DNA from: Trichosphaerium sp. ATCC 40318
Lineage: Eukaryota; Protista; Tubulinea
Assembly (NCBI GenBank): GCA_038496445.1
Contig: JALMLS010000322.1
Coordinates: 868,001 to 932,000, forward strand
Length of the DNA: 64,000 nucleotides
Reading direction: 5' to 3'
Part shown: positions 13,688 through 25,870 of the stretch, in pieces
How positions within the stretch are numbered: the stretch's first letter is position 1
How the letters are laid out: the number at the start of each line of letters is the position of its first letter
Translations under genes and position numbers: made by a program
The notes under the pieces: generated by a model
Database searches by the model: none
What the model saw: the letters and a program-made list of their open reading frames with translations, nothing else
Told to the model about the DNA's origin: nothing

Positions 13688-15043
13688 AGTATTTTAACTT
13701 GTACCACTACAATCTAGTACGTTGCTAAAGTGGAAAGCGCTATCTTTGAAACACTTGTACGTTTAAGTCATGCCTAGAAACGGTTTTTTGAACACAAAAG
13801 AGAATTTCCCCGAAAAGATACAATTGGACTCCTATTTTCCACCAGCTCTTAAACAAGCTAGTCCTATCAGAGTACTGCGCTATTTGGACAGATTCCTGCT
13901 AAGATTATGTGTATATTTAGATGGTGTGGGGAGAAAAAGAAATTCCAGATTTTCCCTTCGTTACGGGAAACAGCTGTGGTTGTAATACTTCTCTGTCTCC
14001 CAAATTGTCTACACAAATGTACCCTACAACCACTATGGACGTTGTTGTGTATAGTGCCAAGATGGCTTCAGCTTGCCTGCAACACAATAACAATTGTACA
14101 AATTATTACACAGCTTCCACTCAAGGTCTTTTAGGATCATGCCTGATAGCACAATGAATGCTTCTCCCACTAGAACCGTAGTGAGTAGTTGTAAATTTGT
14201 TTGTGTTCAAAACATAGGTCAAAAACCTAGCATCAAGCAAAAAAATACAAAAATGGTTCGAGTTTTCCCTTATTTTCCTAGCCGGTCCCAATTTCTTAAA
14301 CGCCTAACCGGCTATAGCCGTTTAGCTACCATCTCTACAGGCAGATTCACGGTGCTGTCTTTTTAGTACCTTTAGTGAAAACAAAATTTTTGTTCAATGT
14401 CAGGTTCAACAGACCATGGAAGCTGATCGCAGTATTTACTTACGCACACTGTACACTGTACGATCAAACCATAGATGTCTTTAGTGTGCTAAAAGCGATT
14501 AAAAAGGATCGATGTCCTACAAAGCTATCGCATTTCCCCCAAACAATTGTGTGAATGTACGCACGTCTCTAATAATGTTTGGTGCTTGTTTTGCGTCTAA
14601 AATCAACGTACGTGTATAACATACCAGAGGTACTCCTGCGCCTACCCCACGCTAACAAAAGCGCTTGTTAACACCGCCGGATGCCAAGTATGTAAATAAA
14701 TTTTTTACTAGTATTGTTTATTAAATCACGTGATTTTAAAACGGTTTGATTCGCTAGACAGGTGTGAGGGTAAAATCGCATTTAAAATGTGAGATTTGCT
14801 AAGATAGGTCAGATCCTGTCACATCTGACAGAAACTGGATTTTTTTTGTTAAAAGCCAGTCTGGCTGACTGCTTGAATGAGGCAGACAATATATACGAGG
14901 TATTCAGCTTCTACTAGTTTGTTTACAAACTATCAATCGCAAGTAGAAGTTTTGACCTCGTCAAAATGCATCAGGATGTTCACGTGATACTTGCCTAAAG
15001 AAGGAGTATTTACAAATGCAGTAACGAGGCTAACTGGTCTTCG

Positions 15044-15719
15044 TTAGCTTTTTAATTCCTTGGCGAGATGTTTTATTTCTCCGCCTAAAAAGGTTCTAGC
15101 GTGGAACGACGCATGGTGGCACATGCTCAGCATGAATAGGGTACAGTAAACACCAAACGAAGCCCTTAAAAACTTTTGATGGTACAAGCAACAAAAGGGA
15201 AAACGAAGTACGTATTTGTACTGAACGAAGTATAAGAGATTTATTGACACTAAAATGCTTCATCAATAACTTCGAAAGAGACCTTTTTGTTACAGATTTT
15301 CGTTTCAATTTTGCTCTGCCAACACCAAAACTGTTCTGCCTCTTCGGCAACAGGGTTGTCAATTAGCTTGAGGCTCATGCTCGGAAGACTAAAAAATAAC
15401 CTAACCGCAGCCAATTCTTTGTTGCGTTCCTTGTATATAGAGTTGTAGTAGCCAATGAGAGCCACGTGAATAACATCATATGCTTTTGGGGTTCCTAAAA
15501 ATGGACGTAAGCTTAACAAAAAGGAAACTCTCTAAAAACCTCACCTGCTGTGTGGAATGGTTCTGTTGGTGATTCGGGCTTGTGCCAAGTTAAAATGCGT
15601 TTTTCAATGCCTGTGATTTTTGGCCTTTTCCTTTGGTGTTTTGTTACCTTGGCGCCTTTTACTGAGAACACATGGATTCGTGCAGATGCAGACAAGAGTT
15701 TAGTGGGAACTGCAGGCAT
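15044..15719 (-). CDS. Hypothetical basic multi-exon protein
   Basis: ATG 15719 and consecutive short ORFs with plausible GT/AG junctions; no recognisable domain; 3' end uncertain. Confidence 0.35.
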
Positions 15720-16773
15720 TGTTGCTTGACGTGTTTTTTTTTTTGATTATGACAAACAATCACAATGTACACAACGCTTATATGTTGTCGTCTGTCAGTT
15801 TTATTACCTCTACGCTCCCTTTTTTAAATAATACGTAACAGATTCACACGGGGGTTTTAACCATTGGAAAGCATCGTAGTAAAAGTTGAAGTACTACACA
15901 ACGGCTAAGAGTTTAGAATTGCTAAAAACCGTACAAATGGACCCGAAAGTTGTTACGATTTTTCGATCCGAGAAAGAGAAGAACAAGCTTGTAATACACC
16001 ATAGAGCATTTAATATTTTTGTGGAGTTTCAACAATAATGGCTTCGCCAACGGACACATATGTGAGCTGCTTTAGTGTAACATTTTTTTTTTCTTTGGTT
16101 TTTGAAAAATATTATTTTTAATAAACCCGCGTTCTACTTGGTTAGACTCCTTGTACAACATACAATGTATTTTGCCAGAAACTATTAAAAATATGCCACC
16201 CAAATAAACGGTTTTTTTCCATAAATAAAATCTCCTATAATCAGTTTGTATAAGTCTTTTGCAAAGATTTGCGGAGTTTGTGAAGAGCGATTTTTTTTGA
16301 ACCGCAGATATGATATGGAACGAAAAACGTCCACGTGGAAAGCTTGAAAAGTTTGGTAAACATACTCGGATGCTATTGTACCAGATATTACCTCAAAAGA
16401 AGAATTTTACTGCAAGATAATCTAAAAAAAGAAACTTCTAGTTGCCTATTGACAAGATGCATTGTGAAAACTGTGAAGTATTTTTCAAGTTTTGAAGAGA
16501 ACTACCTATTTACATTGGTGCTTTAAGCCTTGATAAGGGGTTGGTGGAAATGAGAGCTCGGAAAAAAGATAATAGACAAGAACAGAGACTAAGTTAATCT
16601 TGCTTCAGAGCTTTCCATTTATTCAACAGATAAACAATAGAGATGTTATGAGAATGATATTTCTAATGAATCACGGTGGCCCCGACGTCTTTGTTTAAGT
16701 GAATCACCAACCGCAACCAGATACATCCCTTTTGCTTCTACGGTTCCTATAATTCCTTGTGTTGAGTTTGTAT

Positions 16774-17138
16774 TAACGCCCTTCCGTTATGAATACAAGC
16801 AATATTCATATTCATTGTCCCGTAAGCCATATTCATTAATATTCATTCATGAATATTCATGGGCGTTGGCGAGTCAGGAAGTTGAGGAGCTTTTGGTTTG
16901 TAGCACCTAGCGATGTTCCAAATGGATAGATTCAACAAGTTGCATTTGAAAACCGAATCGGAATAGTCAACAGAACACCAAAACCCACAAATCCAGTCAA
17001 AATCAGCCATCAAATTGCACAATTTTCGACCGTTTACTGTGTGCATGAATAATGAATGAATTTTTTTAGTCGTGAATATTTGTGAATGTAGGCTGTATTT
17101 GAATATTCAAATTATTCATTCATAACGGAAGGGCGTTA
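16774..17138. mobile_element. Non-autonomous MITE, hAT-like, 365 bp
   Basis: Perfect 21-bp TIR taacgcccttccgttatgaat / attcataacggaagggcgtta; 8-bp TSD gtttgtat at 16766-16773 and 17139-17146; subterminal aatattca/attcat repeats. Confidence 0.93.
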
Positions 17139-17198
17139 GTTTGTATCAACAATTGCTCAAACGCCAATACACTAAAGTAACTAGCTCTTGAAATACCT

Positions 17199-17957
17199 TT
17201 ACATTACTCTACATTGCCTATTGCCAGTGTGGTATACTTCCTGAAAGGTACCATCAGGTTTATATGTTCGCTGGGAGATCTTGCGGCCATGTACATAGTC
17301 CGCAACCTCTTTTACACTTTGATCCTCGTCATAGCTTGTATACTGTCCATGTAAGCAATTCTTTTTATAACAAGCTTCAAAACGCAATACACCATTATAC
17401 CGTCTCTTTTCTACAATAGTTTCTGGGTTATTCAAATCAAACTCTGTCTGTATCAATAAACTAGGAAAGTAAACAAAAGTTGTATACAACCCTATTTGTT
17501 GTCCATTTTGGAAAGTCCCACGTGCTTCTATTTTTCCTTCACTATCCCAAAACTCACACTTACCATCTATCTTACCATTTTTGTAACTGCACGATTGTTG
17601 GATTGTTCCTGAGTCCGGATGGAACGTCGTGTATTGTCCATGTTCCGCTCCTTTTTCGAAGGTACAGTCCTTTGTCAACACACCTTTTGGACTCCACTCT
17701 TGAACCTTTCCTTCGATGACACCGTTGTTAAAATCTGCTCTCTTTCGTAGCACACCATTTGAGTCATATCTCAAGAGTTTGCCGTGTTTAGTCAATTGTT
17801 CAGTAAAACGTGATGTTAGCGCCGTTGTTTTGCATAGAAGCGGCCAAAGCAAGTATACTTCAGCATCTGTATTAAATATGAGATGTTGTATCTCAAGTAC
17901 AATAGATGTAAGCGTTAATTGGTGCTCAAATACTTCACATTCTCTCGTACAATGCAT
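17199..17957 (-). CDS. Intronless MORN-variant (YwqK-like) repeat protein with F-box-like N-terminus and C-terminal CaaX
   Basis: Repeats like YKNGKIDGKCEFWDSEGKIE; N-terminal LTSIVLEIQHLIF..LLCK; ends CRVM*. Confidence 0.85.
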   Translation of the reverse strand: MHCTRECEVFEHQLTLTSIVLEIQHLIFNTDAEVYLLWPLLCKTTALTSRFTEQLTKHGKLLRYDSNGVLRKRADFNNGVIEGKVQEWSPKGVLTKDCTFEKGAEHGQYTTFHPDSGTIQQSCSYKNGKIDGKCEFWDSEGKIEARGTFQNGQQIGLYTTFVYFPSLLIQTEFDLNNPETIVEKRRYNGVLRFEACYKKNCLHGQYTSYDEDQSVKEVADYVHGRKISQRTYKPDGTFQEVYHTGNRQCRVM

Positions 17958-18472
17958 CTTATTCTCACTTCAATAAATCAGTTTCAATAAATAGTCAACG
18001 TCAGCATTGACAAAATATCTCATACTTACAAGCCAAAAAGGCCTCAGCTGTGTGTTTTACGTTAGAGAACTATACCTAGAGGACAATTATGGCGTTGTAC
18101 CAGTATGGCTGTTTGTCATTGAAGTGTTATTCTCGGCGTATTCGCCGTTTACTACGTTCTATTGTTCTACGTTGCTGATTACAGGTGCCTTTAGTGTTAT
18201 TGAGCCACCTACAAACCACCTTAGTGATTCCATACCTTATAGGGTCAAGCCAAAAAGTTCTACTACCATACTTTGTTTACAAGGTTTATTTTGTCTGTTT
18301 GTTCATTATTATTACAATTAAATATACAATCACGTGTGCTTCATCTTGATGAATTTTAGCACGCGAAGGGATGAGTTTTGTTTTTCATCTGTTGTTGTCC
18401 TTTTGTACGGCTGGTTAACACACGTGATTTACTAGGAAGGTCTCAGCTTTTTTTTTGGTCGGTTTCTTTGAT

Positions 18473-19817
18473 TTAAACTACCTCGGGTAGCGGCCTATCT
18501 TCAGGAGGTTCAAAAGGTAATGGTCTCATGGAAGCCGTGACTATCGATTCACCAGGAATCAGTGCAATTTCTTCACCATCTGCAGCAAGAAATGATAAAT
18601 GGTACCCAGAAACTAGTTCGTTTTTATCCTGGTTATTGTTCACTGATAAGATATTATCTCCAATACTTTTATCGTCATCAAGTGCTGAATATATAGTATC
18701 TAAATCACCTTTCTCAATAGCAGTTGATAAGTAAGCTTTGTAGTCACCAGAATTTTCGGTATCACTTTCACCAGAAGATTCTAATGTAAACGAAGAAGGT
18801 TTGATCGTCTTTGTTATTTTATCACCGAATGATTTACTTTCTTTTCCTAGCATATGACCTGTTCCTCTATAAAAAAATTCGAATGAGAACGGGAGATGGC
18901 AATCATCTTACAAGGCGGTTTGTATGGCAAAAGAAAACAAAATAAAAATACTGTTGAAACAGTTGATTTCGTACAATCCTAATTTCTTTGACGTGTGCTT
19001 TAAACTGAGCGCCTTTGACGCTCTAGTTCCTGGTAACGTTGTTGGTGTGCGAACAGAAGATGATATTGACGCTGAATGAGACCTTGTTGTTCTTGTTTCT
19101 GTTTTCATATTTCGAGCACCTAAAAAAAAAGTTAACACAACTTTAATTAATTTCTAACAACAAGTACTTTTTAGAGCTTCTGTTATATGATGAATCCACA
19201 TATTAGCTGCATCAGGTTCTATATAAATTAGTCATCACGGAAGAAAGTGTTTTAAAGATGAAGAATTTCGACGAGAATATTGTCTTTAGAAAATCTTCAT
19301 TAGGGAAGCCACTTGGTTGAGCACTAATTTAACACTATCGTATTTTTTACGTACTTGTTCTTACATAGAGACCACGATGAACAGTTGTAATACAAAACTC
19401 CTTTACTCCTTTCTTACGAACTTTCCTTAGCGTCATACTTACATTAAGCACACTCTCAATAGGTATGCTGTTAAGTAGAATCATTTTCTGCAAGTAATAA
19501 TCAAAAAAAAAAATCACGTGATCAAAACACAAAAAAAACAAAGAAAGAAACCACACTGCATGGATTCGTTGTTATTTATCTTACTTTTTTTGAATCTTGT
19601 TTATAATATTCTATAGCGTCTAGTTTTAATACTAATTTTCGTTTCGTCCAGTTCTAACGCACGTGTAAGCCAAAAACAACGCAGAAAACACGGAAGTGGA
19701 AATAAAGTTACAAGGTATTTTTTTTGTCACGAATTCTGTCCTACGTACGCTTCTTTTATGTCCTCCTCCTTTTTTTTGAACAAAACCTTCGTATAGGACC
19801 TCCTTACCGCTTTCCAT
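18473..19817 (-). CDS. PH-domain protein
   Basis: Spliced VLYEGFVQKKGGGHKRS|NWTKRKLVLKLDAIEYYK..EFCITTVHRGLYV..DAANMWIHHI; Ser-rich tail. Confidence 0.85.
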
Positions 19818-20763
19818 TGCACTCTATTTGATTAGTCAACAATATTAAAATAATTTTCTTGCGTTATTGATCGCGAAGACATACCACGTTTCCCATATGT
19901 GCACAACCATTATTAAAAAAAAGTCAATACTTTTTTGTTGGAGAAAAATGTTAAGCTCGAAATTAAACACGGTTCGTTGGAGTCTTTCAACGAATGTGTT
20001 TCGGGTACTATATAATATTACAGCTCTGGCTTCATTTTATACTACGCAGGCATAGGTTATTCTTCAAATTCCGATTATGTTAACCGATTTTATTAATGTT
20101 CTTTCTAAGCTATGGACGTTCATTTTTTGTTATTTATTCAGTGTCAATAATAATCCACAACCAAAGCATGTTATATAGTCATCACATCAAGGTAGTAAAC
20201 GTTTTGGTTAAATTACAACCATTAATTTTCCCTTATAGGCCTATACAAAGTGTTTCTTGGTGTAGAAAAGGAATCGAACTCATATAAAAATGAGCAGTGA
20301 GTCGTCTGCACTCATCAATACCCTTCATACAGGTGATATGGACTTGAAAGTGGTGTGGATTAACCTCCTTAGTAGGCAGTTGTTGGGCTCGGTTGTAGAG
20401 AACTTGAAAACAGCAACAGAATTTTTTGGTTTTTCAACAGAAAGTAACTTCATTTTACTTAACCTACTTTTTCGCTTTTTTGGTTTCATGAGATGACTCA
20501 TGAGATTGAAACGATTCTCATACCCTAAATCACTAATATTAAACCTAACAAGAAGAATTACAATAGCAGCAACAGTGTCAGGGGTGCCAGGCACTCGGTA
20601 TTATTGTTCTGACCACTTGTTGACTTTCAAAGTCTCAAAGTGGAAAAAAATCAGCTACTTGATAAACACGCAGCAAACAACTACCGCAATCAAAAGAGCC
20701 TGAATCAATGTACGCTACCTTTAAAAACGACCCAAGCTCATTTTTGTCTAGTTTCGCGTTCGT

Positions 20764-22239
20764 ATGCAAACAAACGCAATAAAACACGCCACAATTTCTT
20801 CTAATACAACACAAGGAGACTGTAATGAAGGCCAAGAACGTTTAGCTCTTTTAGATATTCCAACAGAGCTAATTGCCCTTGTACTACGACAAGTTGATAT
20901 CCCTGATAGATTCCTCGTTGCTCAGAGCTGTAAACTGTTATCGGAAGTCATTCACCACCATATAGGATACCACAAAATCAACCTCAAGTCAAGCTCTTGT
21001 TGTTCTCTTCTTTCTGGTAGTCCTCTCCTAAAAAACACAAGAATATCGTTTGAAAACTTCAAGGAGGCAACAGATTCTGATTTAGCTCTTATTTCAGGCG
21101 TTCGTTCTCTTCACCTTAAAAACAACTCTTTCATCACGGACAACGGGATGAAGTTTATTTCTGACGTCCAAGATATAAGTATGATCTATTGCACAGAAAT
21201 CACTGATGATGGAATCAAATGTTTGACAAATCTCAAAAGGTTGGCATTAGATATTTGTCACATGATAACAGACGCTGGTATAATACCTATAGTGAAGAAC
21301 CTTGACTTTATTTCTTTGCATGGCCACAACTTAACAAAAGATGGGGCTAAGGCACTCTCTGGTATACCAAATATACGTCTACGTTACTCCAAAATAACAG
21401 ATGACGTGTTAAGTGCAATTTCTGATGTACACAGTATAAATCTAAATTGTTGTAAGAAAATCACAGATAAAGGCATTTCAGCCTTAGCAGGAGTGCATAC
21501 CATAGATTTGAATAGCACCCCTGTCCCAGATGAAAGTATTTTGGCTTTAGTCGGTGTACACAACATAGACTTAGATTTCACTGAAGTGACAGACAAGAGC
21601 ATTATAGCTTTGGCTGGTGTACATACTATAAGCTTGAATTTCACTTCAGTGACAGATATGAGCATTAAAGCTCTGGCAGGCGTACACACAATACACTTGG
21701 CGCGTACATCAATTACAGATGAAGGCATTTTACCTTTGGCTGGAGTTCATGAAATATCTCTCGGAAGTTGCTCTGGTATCACTGATAAAGGCGTCTTAGC
21801 TTTGGCTGGAGTACACAAAATAAGTCTTTTGCGTTGTACTGAAGTCACTGATAAAGGTATCTCAGCTCTAGCGGGTGTACATACAATTGACCTATCAGGC
21901 TGTACTAGTGTCACTGATAAAGGTATTTCGGCCTTGGCTGGTGTTCATGAAATACACCTTTCACGTTGCATTGGTATAACTGATAAAGGTGTTTCAGCTT
22001 TAATTGGTGTACACAAAATTGATCTATCAGGCTGCACAGGGATTACTGTTAAAGCTATGAAAAGCATTGCTGATGCTCACTCTGTTAATCTGTCACGCAC
22101 TGATGTTGCGGATGATTGGCTTTCTATACTTTATGGTGTCAAGAGACTAGCTTTGGGTGATTGTATAAATATTACAGAAAAAGGATTAGAGTCATTAAGA
22201 AATGCTGGTGTAAAAGTAGTAACTCAATTATATTTTTAA
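20764..22239 (+). CDS. F-box + short-LRR (GVHTI) protein
   Basis: 491-aa uninterrupted ORF; F-box LLDIPTELIALVL..VAQSCK; about 17 LRR units; start uncertain. Confidence 0.92.
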   Translation: MQTNAIKHATISSNTTQGDCNEGQERLALLDIPTELIALVLRQVDIPDRFLVAQSCKLLSEVIHHHIGYHKINLKSSSCCSLLSGSPLLKNTRISFENFKEATDSDLALISGVRSLHLKNNSFITDNGMKFISDVQDISMIYCTEITDDGIKCLTNLKRLALDICHMITDAGIIPIVKNLDFISLHGHNLTKDGAKALSGIPNIRLRYSKITDDVLSAISDVHSINLNCCKKITDKGISALAGVHTIDLNSTPVPDESILALVGVHNIDLDFTEVTDKSIIALAGVHTISLNFTSVTDMSIKALAGVHTIHLARTSITDEGILPLAGVHEISLGSCSGITDKGVLALAGVHKISLLRCTEVTDKGISALAGVHTIDLSGCTSVTDKGISALAGVHEIHLSRCIGITDKGVSALIGVHKIDLSGCTGITVKAMKSIADAHSVNLSRTDVADDWLSILYGVKRLALGDCINITEKGLESLRNAGVKVVTQLYF

Positions 22240-25200
22240 TGATTGATACAGCTTGCAATATCAGGTACATTTGTTGATTCTACTTCACGTCTTGAAACTA
22301 CGAATGCGTACTTTGGAAGTATTTGTATGCCTGGAAAAAAGAAAGAATAAGAACAAGATTAGTGTTGAAAAAAAACAAAAAAAAATAAAGCTGCGTACTT
22401 TGTCCTACTGATATTTCGTCAAATCCGAACTCTGTTGTATGATATCTAGATTGATATCCTGTCTAATATTTTGGTTAATATTTTTCGTGGGTTTTGTTTG
22501 TGTGTACCTCCACAGATCCCGATTTTGGAGTCAACACCTTTGGAAAAAATAAGAAAATAATAGGAAACTCTACAACGATGACGCACAGGACGAATATTTC
22601 CCATACAAACAAAACAACATATTAAAACAGCGTATTCGTTTCTTCCACATTTTTCCATCGCATGTGGCACGTGACTGAAACTCACTGTTAGCAAAAATAT
22701 CTAACCAAAAAAAAATACTAAAAAGTACGTTGAAAGCACAACATCAGAAATCGAAGAGTTGATGTCAAAACCAGCCATGGCATAATCTTTTAGTTTTGTA
22801 TCAGGTATATTATATAATGCAGGTATGATGTTATGCTAATGAGTATTAGAAACCAACTTTTAGACGAAGAACGGAGCGTACAGGTCCACAATTCGAAATC
22901 AATTGAGTTTTTCTCATTTTGAAATCTTCGATTACAAATCCCTTTTCGTCCGACTGTTCCTCTGTTTTCCATTCTTCGCTGCAGAAAACATGTGGCATAG
23001 TACTATTGTCGAATAAAAACGTACAAATCAAGTACTCACTGAAGGGATTGTTGAGTAGACAACGTACTTGTGTCTTTCTTGGATAACAGTTAAATAAGTT
23101 TCGAATCTTTCCTTTTGAATAGGATTATGAAGAAGTACTGCTTTTACCATCCTATAACTCTCTGTTGAATCCATTGTATTAAACATTTCAAAGCACTTCT
23201 CTAATTCAGCTTCTGCAGCATAGTCTCCAGGTACCGTCAAATCCAAAAGTCTGTTGAAAAAAAAATATTAAATCAAACTGCCTTTAAAATGTAAACTCGC
23301 CTGCAATCAGTTGGCTTTGATTTAATCCTCCAGTCATAGTTCCACTTCCAATTAATAGCTACGTCCAAACTCTTTTTCATACACCAAGCTCCTTGTGGTT
23401 CAGGCTCTATCAATGCATAAGCGTAAAAAATAATTGGAATGTTTCACACAAAAAAGTACTTGCCAGGAGCGCTTCTCAGAATAGAAAATATTGAGCTTTT
23501 TCCAAGTTCTGGAGGCCACATTGAATCAGGTACTTGTCCTATGACTTGTGCCTAACTATATTTAGAGTTTAAAAAATTACAAAGAAACGAAGTACCAAGG
23601 TTGTAGCGTTATCAAACATATCCAATAATTTCTAATTTGGGTAAGAAAGAAAAAAAAGAGTCAGCTTTTTAAGCGCACCTGAGTATCTTTCTTTACTATC
23701 AACCATAACCAGTGAAACGCCAACGCTCCTTTTGATCTTAGAAAGTCTTCAAAATAAGTTGCTTTTATCTACAGCTCGTGAGTTGGATTAAAATCATGAA
23801 AGAAAAAAAATGGAGTACCAAAACATCCGGTGTAAATAAATCGTCAACTTTTTGTTCAAGGCCCTCAGGTATTGGTTCTAACCATGGAGGTGTTCCTCTG
23901 TATCCTCTAAATATTCCTTTGAGAACATCAGGTTTTGATGCGCGAGCTACAGCAGTCTAAAAAAAAAGAATTCAGTGAAGACAAATCGAAGAAAGTTCGT
24001 ACAATAAATTCCTTTGATGACAAATCTTCGCCAAGAGCGCTGACTAAAATTCTCGCTACTTCACTATGACCATTTATAGCTATTATATAATAAATTGAAT
24101 AGTTTTGATCAATGGCCGATCGTACAAGCTCTCATAAGGGCAGTGAAACCTTCATCATTGCATCCTTTTAAATCTGCGTTTTTTTCAACTAATAATTCTA
24201 CAATCCCAGGACTTCCAACCTCAGCTAAAAGCCTTTAATTAAAGCTATAAATAACACATTGCCGCTACCTGCTAACAATATTGGTGTGTTCTTGTTGGCA
24301 TCTTTCACATTAACATCAGCACCTGCTTGTAGCAGCAAACGAGCAGACTCCGTATGTCCGTATTTCGCTAATTCTTTGTTGACAACAGTAACTAAAGTTC
24401 AAGGTTGACGTACCAGCCAAGATGAGAGGGGTATTGTTCTCCTTTGATACGTGATTAACGTTTGCTTTCTCTTCGATGAGAATGTTTATAATATCATGAT
24501 TGCCGTTCTTAGCTTAGGCAGTGAGATTCTCATTTACACATTAGATTACTTACCAGCAAAAAACAATGCAGTTTGGCCTTTTTGGTCTTGGCACTCAATA
24601 TCAGCTCCTGCACGTGTTAAAGCGCCTGCCATGGATACACCGCCTTTCAAAGCTAATAGTAATAATAAATATAACATTATTTCGGATTTTTGAGTGAAAG
24701 TGAAGCGATCACGTGATTTTACACAAGAGAAGGAACAAAGGTATAAACAAAATAGATTTTTTGTTTGAATGTTAATTACCAGCAAGAATAATAGGCGTAT
24801 GACCGAATTCGTTAGTAATGTTAAGGTTCGCTCCGGCATCAATCATTGTCATCACCATCTCAACATCTCCTCCCCACGCTAACCAAAAAAAAAGTGTTAG
24901 AATGACACATCAAGAAACCAATGTCTTTAGCATCATTTAAGATACACTAACCTGCCAGAACAAGTGGAGAATTACCACGCTTGTTTACAACATCCAGGCT
25001 TGCTCCTGCGGTTATTAACTTGTCAACAATAGCCATAAAACCCTTAACCGCTAAAACGAAAATAAGCACAAAATAATTTGTTCCAAAGGTTTAGTTTCGC
25101 TATCGAAGCGTTGTATGATTACCAGCTACTATTAACGCTGTACTTCCGTATTTATTAGCAACATGTAAATCAGCACCAGCTTCAATAAGAACTAGAGCAA

Positions 25201-25676
25201 TCTCAAGGCATTCAGCTTCGACTAATGATAAAGAGAGTGAGTACAATCGAGCGGTAATAATAACAAACGTGACGTTTTAGCAAAAAAACCGAAAATACTC
25301 ATTACCTGCAGTAATAAGTGCAGTGTTACCATCTTTATCTTTTATATTCAAATCGGCGCCACCAGCGACAAGAATTTTAACAATCTTAATATTCTTTCCT
25401 CTCACTAAAAATTGTTATGTTTTATCACGTGCTTACGCATGAAAGGTCTGATTTGTAAAAAAATACACGTGCCTGCTTTAATTAGAGCAGTACTCCCATG
25501 TTGATCTCTTACATTAATATCGGCACCTTTGTCAACGAGTAATCGAACAGTAAGCAAACTGCCCTTTTGAACTTTTGAAAAAAAGAGTGTTAGCCCGATT
25601 TTGATCGTCTTTTAACACAAAATTAAAAAGTAAGTATAGTACCGGCACTTAGAAGTGCTTGTGCAGTTCTGGACAT
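22236..25676 (-). CDS. Ankyrin-repeat protein with C-terminal degenerate ART/PARP-like domain
   Basis: About 10 ankyrin exons (the two counted are 99 nt; GADINVRDQHGSTALIKA); C-terminal IIPALYNI..AGFD, CCFVCMGNIRPV, DEISVGQSIQILPKY. Confidence 0.8.
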
Positions 25677-25870
25677 TGTTTTAAAGATAAACAAAAACAA
25701 CAGGATGAAGATATGACTTAAACGATTCGACGGTTAAGGGATGGTTTGAGTTTTGTGGGTTTCCTGACTTCAATACGCAATTTCAGTTCCCTTCATCCAC
25801 CAAACTATAACTAACCTAAATTGTTCCTGTTATACGTGCGTTTTGCACGATGGTAATGATTATTTAAAAA

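Noticed and set aside
13900-14330. Cys-rich broken ORFs and small hairpins (cggctatagccg)
   Set aside because: No consistent frame or recognisable family; stems are short
20096-20703. Short ORFs upstream of the 20764 gene
   Set aside because: Could not be spliced convincingly and show no domain signal
21384-21728. Antisense ORFs over LRR genes (also 35262-35738 and 42484-42717)
   Set aside because: Shadow frames of repetitive coding sequence
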